From: an uncultured candidatus Porisulfidus sp.
Lineage (GTDB): Bacteria > Pseudomonadota > Gammaproteobacteria > Poriferisulfidales > Oxydemutatoraceae
Direction: 5' to 3'
Length of the DNA: 64,000 nucleotides
Assembly (NCBI GenBank): GCA_963693105.1
Contig: OY843752.1
Span: 234,623-298,622 of the forward strand
Each line of letters starts with the position of its first letter. Position 1 is the stretch's first letter. Position numbers and translations under genes: made by a program. The notes under the pieces were generated by a model, which worked only from the letters and a program-made list of their open reading frames with translations, was not told the origin of the DNA and made no database searches. Below, in pieces: positions 34,413 to 47,529 of this stretch.

Positions 34413-34924
34413 TGATTCATGCCGGCGAGGCGCACAATCCCGTCCACCGCCGCGTCCACCGTGGTGTCGTTGTCAACGATGCCGCCGGCCACTTCCAGAT
34501 ACAGCGGCCGGCGCTCGTCGTCGAGCAGCGCCAGCACCGCGCGCAAATTGCCGCCAGCCAACAGCGGACGGTTTTCGCCGCCGCCGATGCGGGCGGCGCG
34601 ATGCTCCAGACTGGCGCGCAGATAAACGACCAGGTTGCCGTCTTTGAGCAGCCGGCGGTTTTCGTCAAGCAGCACGCAGCCGCCGCCGGTGGCGACGACG
34701 AGGCCGCGCCGGGCCGCCAGCTCCCGGACCACGGCCGCCTCGCGCAAGCGGAAGCGCACTTCGCCCTCGGTCTTGAAAAGCGCCGGAATGTCGAGGCCGG
34801 CGGCGTCCACCACCAGCGCGTCGCTGTCACAGAAAGACCAGCCCAGCCGCTCCGCCAACGCGCCGGCGACGGCGGTCTTGCCCGAACCCATCGGCCCGAC
34901 CAGAAAAATATTGCGGTGTCTCAT
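34409..34924 (-). CDS. aroK: Shikimate kinase
   Basis: From ATG 34924: MRHRNIFLVGPMGSGKTAVAGALAERLGWSFCDSDALV...VVATGGGCVL. The 523-aa track ORF is this gene plus a spurious upstream extension antisense to mrcA. Confidence 0.9.
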   Translation of the reverse strand: MRHRNIFLVGPMGSGKTAVAGALAERLGWSFCDSDALVVDAAGLDIPALFKTEGEVRFRLREAAVVRELAARRGLVVATGGGCVLLDENRRLLKDGNLVVYLRASLEHRAARIGGGENRPLLAGGNLRAVLALLDDERRPLYLEVAGGIVDNDTTVDAAVDGIVRLAGMNQ

Positions 34925-34981
34925 TATGTTAAAATCGTTATCGGCTTGCGGCACCGCACCGTGCACGCAAGTCTGGCACGG

Positions 34982-37384
34982 TTGAAAGTGTATCGCAAAA
35001 TCCTCTTCCTGGCGGCAAGCCTGTTTTTCTCGGTCTTCGTGCTGCTCATCGTCGCGACGGCGGGCGCCTATATGATGGTCGCCTCCGACCTGCCGGCGGT
35101 GGAGACCATCCGCAACGTGCAGTTGCAAACGCCGCTCAGGGTCTATGCGCGCGACGGCGAACTGATGGCCGTGTTCGGCGACAAACGGCGCATACCGGTC
35201 ACCATCGAGCAGGTGCCGCAGCAGATGATAGACGCCTTCCTCGCCGCCGAGGACGACCGTTTCTTTGAACACCCCGGCGTGGACTACGAGGGCCTGATCC
35301 GGGCGACGCTGGAATTGATCCGCACCGGCAAAAAAACGCAGGGCGGCAGCACCATCACGATGCAGCTCGCGCGCAACTTCTTTCTCACCAACCAGCGCAC
35401 CTTTGAAAGAAAGATCAAGGAGATTTTTCTGGCGCTGAGTATCGAGCGGTTGTTCAACAAGGAGGAGATTCTGAGCCTCTACCTGAACAAGATCTTTCTC
35501 GGCAAGCGCGCTTACGGCGTCGCCGCGGCGGCGGAAGTGTATTACGGCAAAAATGTCTCCGCCCTGTCGCTGGCGCAGACTGCGATGCTGGCGGGACTGC
35601 CCAAGGCGCCCTCGGTGGGCAATCCGGTGGCCAATCCCGAACGCGCGCTGAGCCGGCGCAACTATGTGCTGAAACGGATGCGCGAACTCGGCATGATAGA
35701 CCGCGAGCAGTACATCGCGGCGGTCAACGAGAACATCACGGCCACTCCGCACAACCTGCAAATCGAACTCGACGCGCCCTACATCGCCGAGATGATACGC
35801 AGCGAAATGGTCGAGCGTTACGGCAAGCAGGCCTACACCGGCGGTTTCGAGGTACATTCGACGGTGGACGCGCGCATGCAGCGCAGCGCCCGCGCCAGTT
35901 TGCGCACCGGGCTGCTCGCCTACGGCCGGCGTCACGGCTGGGTCGGCGCCGAGGGCCGGGTGGACGCCGCCGCGCTGCAATCACCGGCGGCGCTTGAGCG
36001 CGAACTCGCGGCCCTGGAGACCGTCGGCGGGCTTGAACCCGGCATCGTCGTCGGCGCCGAGGGGCAGACGCTGCGGGTTGCGCTGAAGAACGGCGAAGTC
36101 GTGCCGCTGGACGAGGAGGCGTGGCGCTGGGCGCGGCCCCGGCTCAAGCAAAACCATGTCGGCGCGCGCCCCAAAACCGCGGCGGAGGCGGCCTCGATTG
36201 GCGACATCGTGCGCATCGAAGCCGGCGAAACCCCGCGCCTCGCGCACATCCCGCAGGTCAGCGGCGCGCTGGTCGCGCTTGAAGCGGGCAGCGGCGCGAT
36301 TCTGGCGTTGAGCGGCGGCTTCGATTTCTACCACAGCAAATTCAACCGCGCATTCCAGGCCAGGCGCCAGCCCGGCTCGAATTTCAAGCCCTTCATCTAC
36401 TCCGCCGCGCTGAACGAGGGCTACACGCCGGCGACCATCATCAAGGACACGCCGGTCGTCTTCACCGGCCCCAACAACCGCGACTGGCGCCCGCAAAACT
36501 ACAGCGGCAAATTCTACGGCCCGACGCGGTTGCGCGAAGCCCTCAAGTTCTCGCGCAATCTGGTGTCGGTCAAACTGGTGGACCGCATCGGCATCAACAA
36601 GACGCTCGCCTACGTCCGCCGCTTCGGTTTCGAGCGCGGCGACCAGCCGCACAACCTGACGCTGGCGCTCGGCTCCGGCGTCACCACGCCGCTGGAAATC
36701 GCGCGCGGCTATGCCGCTTTCGCCAATGGCGGGTTTTTGATAACACCCCACCTGGTGCGCAAAATCACCGTGCTCGACGAGGTGCTTGCCGAAGTGCAGC
36801 CGCTCAAACTCTGCACCGAGGATTGCGAACTTCACGAGAACCTCAGCCAGGGCAGCGACGCCGGGCTGGCCGTTCCGGTGGAGATGCCCAATACGCAATA
36901 CGCGCCGCAGGCCATCCCGCCGGACATCGCCTACCAGATGACGAGCATGATGCAAGACGTCATCCGTTTTGGCACCGGGCGCAAGGCGCGGGTGCTGAAT
37001 CGCGGCGACATCGCCGGCAAAACCGGCACCACCAACGAGCAGCGCGACGCCTGGTTTTCCGGCTTCAACCGCGACGTGGTGTGCACCGTGTGGGTCGGCT
37101 TTGACGATCACCGGCCGCTCGGCGAGCGCGAGACCGGCGCGGTCGCGGCGCTGCCGCTGTGGATTGATTTCATGCGCGCGGCGCTCGACGACAGGCTGGA
37201 ACGCGACTACTACAAACCGCCCAATATCGTCTCCGCGAGCATTGATCCCGCCAACGGCCTGCTGGCGCATCCGGGCGCCGAGAACGCCGTCAGCGAAACC
37301 TTCCGGCTGCGCCACCTGCCGAAGAAAATCACGACCTTGTCGCCGGACGGAACGGCGTCCGGCAAATTGAAGGGCCTGTTTTAA
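34982..37384 (+). CDS. mrcA: Penicillin-binding protein 1A (bifunctional transglycosylase/transpeptidase)
   Basis: Membrane anchor [25 protein letters not shown]. Glycosyltransferase motifs [24 protein letters not shown] and RKIKE. Transpeptidase motifs GSNFKP (SxxK), SRN and KTGTTN. The start is assigned to in-frame TTG 34982 (GTG 34988 is the alternative). The long track ORF from 34403 overlaps aroK. Confidence 0.85.
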   Translation: MKVYRKILFLAASLFFSVFVLLIVATAGAYMMVASDLPAVETIRNVQLQTPLRVYARDGELMAVFGDKRRIPVTIEQVPQQMIDAFLAAEDDRFFEHPGVDYEGLIRATLELIRTGKKTQGGSTITMQLARNFFLTNQRTFERKIKEIFLALSIERLFNKEEILSLYLNKIFLGKRAYGVAAAAEVYYGKNVSALSLAQTAMLAGLPKAPSVGNPVANPERALSRRNYVLKRMRELGMIDREQYIAAVNENITATPHNLQIELDAPYIAEMIRSEMVERYGKQAYTGGFEVHSTVDARMQRSARASLRTGLLAYGRRHGWVGAEGRVDAAALQSPAALERELAALETVGGLEPGIVVGAEGQTLRVALKNGEVVPLDEEAWRWARPRLKQNHVGARPKTAAEAASIGDIVRIEAGETPRLAHIPQVSGALVALEAGSGAILALSGGFDFYHSKFNRAFQARRQPGSNFKPFIYSAALNEGYTPATIIKDTPVVFTGPNNRDWRPQNYSGKFYGPTRLREALKFSRNLVSVKLVDRIGINKTLAYVRRFGFERGDQPHNLTLALGSGVTTPLEIARGYAAFANGGFLITPHLVRKITVLDEVLAEVQPLKLCTEDCELHENLSQGSDAGLAVPVEMPNTQYAPQAIPPDIAYQMTSMMQDVIRFGTGRKARVLNRGDIAGKTGTTNEQRDAWFSGFNRDVVCTVWVGFDDHRPLGERETGAVAALPLWIDFMRAALDDRLERDYYKPPNIVSASIDPANGLLAHPGAENAVSETFRLRHLPKKITTLSPDGTASGKLKGLF

Positions 37385-38427
37385 GTCCGCGCGGCGTGGA
37401 CCTCGTCCACCAGCACCGCGACCTTGTCCGGGTCGGTTTGCTGCAAGACGCCGTGGCCGAGGTTGAAGATGTGGCCCGCGCCGGGGCCGAAATCGTCCAG
37501 GATTCTGCGCGCCTCCAGACGGATGGCCTCGTCGGACGCGAGCAGCGCCGCCGGGTCGAGGTTGCCCTGCAACGCGACCCGGCCGCCGACGCGGCGTTTC
37601 GCATCGCCGATGGCGGCGGTCCAGTCGAGGCCGAGCGCGTCGCAGCCCGATTCGGCCATGTCTTCGAGCCACGCACCGCCGCCTTTGGTGAACAGAATCA
37701 CCGGGCGGTCATGGTGTTGTCTGAGCGCGGCAATCACGCGCCGCACCGGCTCCAGCGAAAAGCGCCGGTAGCCTTCGCCCGATAACACGCCGCCCCAGGT
37801 GTCAAAGATCATCACGCAGTCGGCGCCGGCGGCCACCTGCGCGTTGAGATACGCGGCCACCGATTCGGTCAGCACTTCGAGCATTCTTTCGAGCCATTGC
37901 GGGCGGTCGAACATCAGCCGCTTGATGGTCGGGAAGTCGCGCGAACTGCGCCCCTCGACCATGTAGGCGGCCAGCGTCCACGGGCTGCCCGAGAAACCGA
38001 TGAGCGGCACGCGCCCGGCCAGTTCGCGGCGCACCAGGCGGATGGTCTCCATCACATACGCCAGGTCCTGGCCGGGGTCGGGCGCGCGCAACGCGGCGAT
38101 TTGCGCTTGTTCGCGCACCGGCCTGGCAAAACACGGGCCTTCGTTTTCACGAAAGGAGAGGCCGAGTCCCATGGCGTCGGGAATGGTCAGGATGTCCGAG
38201 AAGACAATCGCGGCGTCCAGCGGATAACGCTGAAGCGGTTGCAGGCTGACTTCGCACGCGAGTTCCGGCGTTTTGCACAACGTCAGAAAATCGCCCGCCT
38301 GTTCGCGCACGCGCCGGTACTCGGGCAGATAGCGCCCGGCCTGGCGCATCAGCCACACCGGCGTGGCGTCCACCGGGAGGCGGCACAACGCGCGAAGCAG
38401 GCGGTCGTTGGCGGGAGCGGCGGGCAT
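37381..38427 (-). CDS. hemE: Uroporphyrinogen decarboxylase
   Basis: From ATG 38427: [41 protein letters not shown]...[12 protein letters not shown]...[10 protein letters not shown]...IFNLGHG. 348 aa. The 3' end overlaps the mrcA stop by 4 nt (convergent). Confidence 0.9.
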   Translation of the reverse strand: MPAAPANDRLLRALCRLPVDATPVWLMRQAGRYLPEYRRVREQAGDFLTLCKTPELACEVSLQPLQRYPLDAAIVFSDILTIPDAMGLGLSFRENEGPCFARPVREQAQIAALRAPDPGQDLAYVMETIRLVRRELAGRVPLIGFSGSPWTLAAYMVEGRSSRDFPTIKRLMFDRPQWLERMLEVLTESVAAYLNAQVAAGADCVMIFDTWGGVLSGEGYRRFSLEPVRRVIAALRQHHDRPVILFTKGGGAWLEDMAESGCDALGLDWTAAIGDAKRRVGGRVALQGNLDPAALLASDEAIRLEARRILDDFGPGAGHIFNLGHGVLQQTDPDKVAVLVDEVHAART

Positions 38428-38434
38428 CGGCCCG

Positions 38435-39865
<1,431 letters not shown>

Positions 39866-39932
39866 TCAGTAACCGTCCATCATACAGGAAGGAAGTTGCG
39901 CCAACGCAAAGGGCGGCGCGCGGCGGCGGAGT

Positions 39933-40376
39933 TCAGGACGCCGACAGACGTTGTTTGACCCGGCGGCTGACTTCGGCCATGTCGGCGCGGCCTTCGGCCA
40001 GGGTCTTGACGGCGTTCATCACCTTGCCCATCGCCCGGATGTCCGCGGCGCCGGTCTGCTCGACGGCGCGGTCAATCAGCCGCGCCAGTTCGTCGCCGGA
40101 CAGCGGTTCGGGCAGGTATTCGCGGATGACGCTGAGTTCAAACTGTTCGCGGTCGCGCAAGTCGTCGCGCCCGGCGGCGGCGAACTGCTCGATGGACTCG
40201 TTCCTCTGTTTCGCCATTTTGTTGAGCACGGCGAACACTCCAGGCTCGTCGAGTTCCCGGCGCGCGTCTATGCCGGCGCGCTGGATGTCCGACAGTATCA
40301 GGCGCAACACCGCAAGACGGCGCTTGTCGCCGGACTTCAACGCGGCTTTCATGTCATCCGCGATGCGTGACTTCAT
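39933..40376 (-). CDS. yqeY: GatB/YqeY domain protein
   Basis: 147 aa. MKSRIADDMKAALKSGDKRRLAVLRLILSDIQ...VIREYLPEPLSGDEL...MGKVMNAVK. Directly follows rpsU. Confidence 0.8.
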   Translation of the reverse strand: MKSRIADDMKAALKSGDKRRLAVLRLILSDIQRAGIDARRELDEPGVFAVLNKMAKQRNESIEQFAAAGRDDLRDREQFELSVIREYLPEPLSGDELARLIDRAVEQTGAADIRAMGKVMNAVKTLAEGRADMAEVSRRVKQRLSAS

Positions 40377-40589
40377 TCAGTAACGGCGGGCTCTGCGGGA
40401 GGTCATCGAACGGCGGCGCTGATGGCGTTTGACGGCCGCCACGGCTTTGCGTTTACGGGCCGCCGTCGGCTTTTCATAATACTCGCGCTTGCGCACCTCG
40501 GCCATGATTCCGGCCTTCTCGCAAACGCGCCGAAACCGCCTCAAGGCGATATCAAACGGCTCGTTTTCCCTGATTCGAATACTGGGCAT
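40377..40589 (-). CDS. rpsU: 30S ribosomal protein S21
   Basis: 70 aa. [48 protein letters not shown]. Confidence 0.9.
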   Translation of the reverse strand: MPSIRIRENEPFDIALRRFRRVCEKAGIMAEVRKREYYEKPTAARKRKAVAAVKRHQRRRSMTSRRARRY

Positions 40590-40613
40590 AAAGATTCCTC
40601 AAAATGGCCGTCC

Positions 40614-40641
40614 ATTATACAAATCGCGCGCGGCTTTTCAA
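40614..40641 (-). promoter_or_regulatory. Sigma70 promoter of rpsU
   Basis: Minus strand TTGAAA (40641-40636), 16-nt spacer, TATAAT (40619-40614). A GAGGA Shine-Dalgarno then precedes ATG 40589. Confidence 0.55.
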
Positions 40642-40668
40642 CAGCCGCCGCATTCGAAGCCCGGCTTT

Positions 40669-41460
40669 TCAGCGGTTGCCGCGAAAACATCCGGCAATAC
40701 CCCGCAGCACCGCCCACAATCCGGTGGTTCGCATGAGATCTCTCAACAACGGAAACCAGGAGCGCCACAAACGCCTGTGCAGCGGCCCGGGAAGGCTGAC
40801 GCTTTCTCCGTGGATGCTGCTTGAAAAGAAGGATATGTGCGTCACCGCCGGAAAAACCCCGTAGTTCACAATGCCCGTCCGGGACTCTCCCGTTACCGGA
40901 TCAACGCCCAGGAACACATCGGCTGGCATGCGAATTGAATCGGCCTGCTCCAGCAGTTTTTTTGCGCCGGCGGCGGTCAGCAGATACGCGCTGGTAAAAT
41001 CCGCCGACACCTGGTATCTGGCCGCCCTGTATAAACCCGACACGAAACCTCCGAACGGTATTTGACGGCCGTGGGTATAAAAATTGACCCGTTCATAATC
41101 GCCGGGAAGTTTATGCCGGTTCTTCACAACGCCGAACAATGAGGCGCCGATTCCGGTGTCGTCTTCGAGTATCAGGGCTTCCCGGTGCTGCCCGGCGATG
41201 ATGCGCTTCCACGCCTTTATGTGGGATAAAAAGCATCCAATCTCCCCCGCACTGACCTCTCTTCCGGTGAGCCGGACGGCCTCTTCCGCGGAATAGAGCC
41301 GCCACTGCTCCGGCGTAAGGGCGTTCTTGTCAACCGCCTCGATGATCTCGTATTCAACGCCCAGCCGCGACAATTGCCGGTGCATAAACCGCCGCCTGTG
41401 GACATCCCGTTCCAGATTCAGCACCCACACGGGAAGGTCCGGTTTCCATGCTTTTCTCAC
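40669..41460 (-). CDS. Glycosyltransferase family 25-like protein (LPS/LOS-type)
   Basis: Motifs: VWVLNLERDVHRRRFMHRQLSRLGVEYEIIEAVD, GEIGCFLSHIKAWKRI and ALILEDD. The start is assigned to GTG 41460, 5 nt after the rhomboid stop. The 324-aa track ORF would overlap the rhomboid gene by about 180 nt. Confidence 0.7.
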   Translation of the reverse strand: MRKAWKPDLPVWVLNLERDVHRRRFMHRQLSRLGVEYEIIEAVDKNALTPEQWRLYSAEEAVRLTGREVSAGEIGCFLSHIKAWKRIIAGQHREALILEDDTGIGASLFGVVKNRHKLPGDYERVNFYTHGRQIPFGGFVSGLYRAARYQVSADFTSAYLLTAAGAKKLLEQADSIRMPADVFLGVDPVTGESRTGIVNYGVFPAVTHISFFSSSIHGESVSLPGPLHRRLWRSWFPLLRDLMRTTGLWAVLRGIAGCFRGNR

Positions 41461-41464
41461 TTGT

Positions 41465-42247
41465 TCACGGGCGGCGGTCGCGGTTCTTTGCCACCGCGTA
41501 GCGAATCTCGTCGCGGCGGACGCCGGCGTGGTGGCTCCAGCTGCGGCTGCGCGGCGCCGCGAACAGCGGGATGTCGCGGCGGCGGAAAAAAGGCACCAGC
41601 ACCATGCCGGCGACAAAGCCGCCGATGTGCGCGAAATAAGCAACGCCGCCTTCCGCCGCCAGCGCCGCCGGCGCGCTCAGAAATTGCAGCGCAATCCAGA
41701 CGCCGAGCACGATGAAGGCAGGCACGTTGATCATCTGGATGATGACGAAAAACCATGCGAACACGCGCACGTTGGCGCGCGGATGCAGCACCAGGTAAGC
41801 GCCGAGCACCCCGGCGATGCCGCCCGACGCCCCGATCAGCGGAACCTGCGAGCCGGGGTCCACCGCGACCTGGGTCATCGCCGCGGCCGTGCCGCAGGCG
41901 AGATAAAACAGCACAAAACGCAAACGCCCCATGCTGTCCTCGACGTTGTCGCCGAAAATCCACAGATACACCATGTTGCCGAGCAGGTGCATCCAGCCGC
42001 CGTGCAGAAACATGGACGACAGCGGCGTCATCCACGCCGGAATCGCCGCCGCCGGCAGCGGCGGCGACGCGACATCGCCGAACAGCGCCGCCGGAATCAC
42101 GCCGTACGCAAGAACCGCGGCGTACGCGGCGCCGGGCGGCAGCGCGACTTGCCACAAAAACACGGCGATGCAGGCCGCGATGACAAACCAGCACACCAGC
42201 GGCCGCCGGTCGGTCGGGTTGTCGTCGAACAGGGGAAAGAAAAACAC
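41465..42247 (-). CDS. Rhomboid family intramembrane serine protease
   Basis: 260 aa and multi-pass hydrophobic. Motifs: FLHGGWMHLLGNMVYLWIFGDNVE, catalytic-Ser motif GASGGIAGVLGAYL, and catalytic-His region AHIGGFVAGM. Confidence 0.85.
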   Translation of the reverse strand: MFFFPLFDDNPTDRRPLVCWFVIAACIAVFLWQVALPPGAAYAAVLAYGVIPAALFGDVASPPLPAAAIPAWMTPLSSMFLHGGWMHLLGNMVYLWIFGDNVEDSMGRLRFVLFYLACGTAAAMTQVAVDPGSQVPLIGASGGIAGVLGAYLVLHPRANVRVFAWFFVIIQMINVPAFIVLGVWIALQFLSAPAALAAEGGVAYFAHIGGFVAGMVLVPFFRRRDIPLFAAPRSRSWSHHAGVRRDEIRYAVAKNRDRRP

Positions 42248-42273
42248 CGGGCTATTGTAATCCTACGCCGACA

Positions 42274-44469
<2,196 letters not shown>

Positions 44470-44543
44470 TTTGCATTGATGGGGCGGGGTTCCCGACGAA
44501 GCGGTGCAAACAGGCGACAAGCGGCGGCAATTACCCACATTTT

Positions 44544-44565
44544 CTGTGGAAAAGATTGTGGACAG
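44544..44565. promoter_or_regulatory. Pair of DnaA-box-like 9-mers upstream of priA
   Basis: CTGTGGAAAAGATTGTGGACAG lies 75 nt upstream of the priA ATG. It matches the motif at 51804-51825 at 18 of 22 positions. The boxes are TTTTCCACA and CTGTCCACA on the gene strand (consensus TTATCCACA). Confidence 0.3.
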
Positions 44566-44803
44566 TCTGTCACTAATGGCGTTGAAAGCCTACGCTCCCG
44601 CTCCACTTCAGGATTGAACACATTTTAACCAGACATACATGAAGTTTCGCTGTATCAATGATTTACAGAAATCCTCCCGGAGGCCGGGCGCCTCGCCCCG
44701 GACGTATGGCGGCGCACTCACGCCGCCCCTGTGGAATCACTGCTTTGACAGTACCGGCAAAGTCTGGATACTACGCTTTCCCTGAATGTAAATCCACAGG
44801 ACA

Positions 44804-45394
44804 ATGGACAGACTCAACCAGCAGATACTGAGAGTGGATGTCTCCGGCATGCCGCTCGACTGGATAACCTATCGCGACGCCGTAAGATTTTACTATCTCG
44901 GCGAGGTCGCTTACAGCGCCGGCAAGCCTTTGTTCACGATTCGCGGCGGCGTCAACGCCGTGTCCGGGCGGCGCAGCGTCATCGAACTGGAGTCCATCAT
45001 CGCCACCTACGGCAAAAACCCGAGGCTGGGGCTGGAGTATGTGCCGCCGCTGAACAACCTGACGTTGTTCAGGCGCGATGCTTTTCTGTGCATGTACTGC
45101 GGCGAGCACTTTCAACGCCGCGAACTGTCCCGCGACCACGTGATGCCATTCAACCAGGGCGGCAGGGACAAGTGGAGCAACGTCGTCACCGCGTGCAAGC
45201 GCTGCAACAATCACAAAGCCGGGCGCACACCCGAGGAGGCGGACATGAAACTGCTCGCCGTGCCTTTCGTGCCGACCCACGCCGAATACGTTTATCTGCA
45301 AGCGCGCACCGTGCTGACCGACCAGATGGAATTTCTGAAAGCGCATTTTCCGAGGCGCAGCCGGCTGCGCACGGTAGATGAACGCTCTCAATGA
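44804..45394 (+). CDS. HNH endonuclease family protein (McrA-like)
   Basis: 196 aa. C-terminal HNH region CMYCGEHFQRRELSRDHVMPFNQGGRDKWSNVVTACKRCNNHK. The 3' end overlaps the hemH start by 17 nt. Confidence 0.75.
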   Translation: MDRLNQQILRVDVSGMPLDWITYRDAVRFYYLGEVAYSAGKPLFTIRGGVNAVSGRRSVIELESIIATYGKNPRLGLEYVPPLNNLTLFRRDAFLCMYCGEHFQRRELSRDHVMPFNQGGRDKWSNVVTACKRCNNHKAGRTPEEADMKLLAVPFVPTHAEYVYLQARTVLTDQMEFLKAHFPRRSRLRTVDERSQ

Positions 45395-46472
45395 CGCGCA
45401 ATACCGCCACGGCAGTCCGGCGCGCATCGGCGTGGTGCTGGTCAATCTCGGCACGCCGGACGCGCCGACGCCCGCCGCCGTTCGGCGCTATCTGAAAGAA
45501 TTTCTGTCCGACCCCCGGGTCGTCGAAATTCCCCGCCCGCTGTGGCGGATGATCCTGCATTTTCTGGTGCTGCCGCTGAGGCCACGGCGCTCGGCCGCCC
45601 ATTACGCCGCCATCTGGTCGCCGCAAGGCTCGCCGCTGCTGGTGCACACGACCGCGCTCGCGCGCGCGGTGGACCAGCGGGTGCGCGAGGCGGGGTGGCC
45701 GCAGGCCGGGGTCGTCGCCGCGATGCGTTACGGCCGTCCCGGCCTTGCCGCCGAACTGGACCGGCTTTGCGCGATGAACACGCGCCGCCTGCTGGTGGTG
45801 CCGCTGTTTCCGCAATACTCGGCGACGACGACGGCGGCGGTGTTTGACGAGGTCGGACGCTGCCTGCGCCGCCGCCGCCATCTGCCCGAGATGCGCTTCG
45901 TCAACGGCTACTGCGACGAGCCCGGCTACATTGACGCATGCGCGCAGCGGATACGGGCTTTCCGCGACGAACACGGCGCCGGCGAAAAACTGCTTTTTTC
46001 TTTTCACGGGCTGCCGCAACGCAACCTGCAAAACGGCGACCCCTACCACTGCCAGTGCCACAAGACCGCGCGCCTTACGGCCGAGGCGCTGGCCCTGCCG
46101 CAAGAGGACTGGCTGATCTGCTTTCAATCGCGCTTCGGGCGCGCCGAATGGCTCAAGCCCTACACCGACGAAACGCTGCGCGAGCTGGCGCGGCAGAAAA
46201 CCGGCGCGGTGGACGTGTTCTGTCCCGGTTTCGCCGTGGACTGTCTGGAGACGCTCGAAGAAATTGCGATACAAAACCGGAAACTGTTTGAACAAGCCGG
46301 CGGCGGACAACTGCGCTACATTCCGGCGCTGAACGAGACGCCCGAACACGCCGACTTTCTGGCGCATCTGATTGTGCGCCACCTGCAGGGCTGGGAAACG
46401 TCCGCGGCGGACGACCCCGGCGAACGCGAACGCTCGCGCCAACGCGCGCTGAAACTCGGGGCGAAGCAGTAA
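45378..46472 (+). CDS. hemH: Ferrochelatase
   Basis: 364 aa. IGVVLVNLGTPDAPTPAAVRRYLKEFLSDPRVVEIPRPLW..., LVVPLFPQYSATTT, FSFHGLP and CPGFAVDCLETLEEI. Confidence 0.9.
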   Translation: MNALNDAQYRHGSPARIGVVLVNLGTPDAPTPAAVRRYLKEFLSDPRVVEIPRPLWRMILHFLVLPLRPRRSAAHYAAIWSPQGSPLLVHTTALARAVDQRVREAGWPQAGVVAAMRYGRPGLAAELDRLCAMNTRRLLVVPLFPQYSATTTAAVFDEVGRCLRRRRHLPEMRFVNGYCDEPGYIDACAQRIRAFRDEHGAGEKLLFSFHGLPQRNLQNGDPYHCQCHKTARLTAEALALPQEDWLICFQSRFGRAEWLKPYTDETLRELARQKTGAVDVFCPGFAVDCLETLEEIAIQNRKLFEQAGGGQLRYIPALNETPEHADFLAHLIVRHLQGWETSAADDPGERERSRQRALKLGAKQ

Positions 46473-46663
46473 GTGAACCGGGCATGGAAAAGACAGCGCT
46501 TTATTATGCAATGCAATCCAATGCGGATGGCAGGCTCGCAGGAGGTGAAGCCTGGCGGCATGTGCTGGAGGAACTCCATGTCGGTACTGTTGAAATGAAC
46601 ACGGGCGAATTCATGCGGTGACATGCTCCGATCCCTGCGCAGGCGGTGGGCCGCCCTGAAAAG

Positions 46664-47521
46664 TTAATTTCCCGCTTCCCCGACATCTTTGTGCGTGACA
46701 ATTTTTTTGCAAGACAGCGCCAATGCGCTCGGCAAGGCGATGGCGACGCTCAAATCGAGTTCGGCAAAGGCTTCGCAATAGCGGCAAAATTCGCGCACGC
46801 CGCTTGCCGGAACGACGACCAGGCCGGTATCGCCGCCGACCAGCGGATAGGCGAGTTTTCTTTCGCCGGCGGGCCAGGTCAGCACGTGCCTCAACCGCCG
46901 CAACACCATTTTCAACCAGCGCAGCGCAGACGTGATTTTTTGCGGCATGGAATCCGCGCGCGGCGCAGCGTAACCGCGCCGCAGCAGCAGAGGCGTCAGC
47001 CCCACGGGCGCGGTGGCCAACCCGTGCGCGGCGAATTTTTGCAGCGCCTCTTCGTACGCGGGAAACGGACTGCCGGGCGCCCTGAAAGCGAATGCTTGCG
47101 CCGTGTGGACCCAGTCCGGCCGCTGGTGCAGGCGGTAGAGGTCCGACAAAAAGGCGGCGCCTTCTTCATCCAGATTCAGGCTGTCGAGAAAGTTGTCTTG
47201 ATTGATGCCGGCGCACAAAACAAAATCGCAGTGGATGAAGAAATAGTGCGTGTATTCGGCGCGGAAATAATGCCGCGAACCTTGCGCGATGAACTCGCCA
47301 TAACGGCGCGGGTCGCCGTGCAGCGGAATGACATTGCCTGCGATCTCGCCCGCCACCGGCGCAAAGCCGCGTACCACCGGAACCAGATGATAGATATGCG
47401 AAAAGCGCGCGCCGTATAACTTCTCGAGCGCGGGGATGTTGTCGCTGTGGTGCTGGCGGAAATCGTGGCGGATGACCAGCGCCACTTTCGCGGCGGACGC
47501 CGCCGGTGTGTTCGCTTCCAC
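46664..47521 (-). CDS. Uncharacterised protein, tandem paralog A
   Basis: 285 aa. Colinear similarity to the upstream 339-aa ORF (KVALVI..., NIP.LEKLYG.RFSHI.HLVPV..GFAPVA.EI..NVI, HYFFIH.D.VL, LHQRP.W, LAYPLVGG, VVPA..REFCRYCE.FA). Function not recognised. Confidence 0.6.
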   Translation of the reverse strand: MEANTPAASAAKVALVIRHDFRQHHSDNIPALEKLYGARFSHIYHLVPVVRGFAPVAGEIAGNVIPLHGDPRRYGEFIAQGSRHYFRAEYTHYFFIHCDFVLCAGINQDNFLDSLNLDEEGAAFLSDLYRLHQRPDWVHTAQAFAFRAPGSPFPAYEEALQKFAAHGLATAPVGLTPLLLRRGYAAPRADSMPQKITSALRWLKMVLRRLRHVLTWPAGERKLAYPLVGGDTGLVVVPASGVREFCRYCEAFAELDLSVAIALPSALALSCKKIVTHKDVGEAGN

Positions 47522-47529
47522 TGCCGTCT

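Noticed and set aside
34409-35980. 523-aa minus-strand ORF, and other long antisense ORFs in the housekeeping part (33219..34415, 35981..37672, 38363..39958, 41327..42418, 42613..44628, 45186..46511, 48860..50005, 49807..50982).
   Set aside because: Each lies opposite, or is an upstream extension of, a gene with clear family motifs (aroK, aroB, mrcA, gltD, rhomboid, priA, hemH, exonuclease, M48). All have Arg/Ala/Gly-rich composition without recognisable motifs.
46484-46621. 45-codon plus-strand ORF (MEKTALYYAMQSNADGRLAGGEAWRHVLEELHVGTVEMNTGEFMR) in the hemH downstream spacer, and a 55-codon minus-strand ORF near 48,620-48,790.
   Set aside because: No ribosome-binding site or recognisable family was found, and short ORFs are expected by chance. 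They are noted only because these spacers are unusually long (190 and 270 nt) and look lower in GC.
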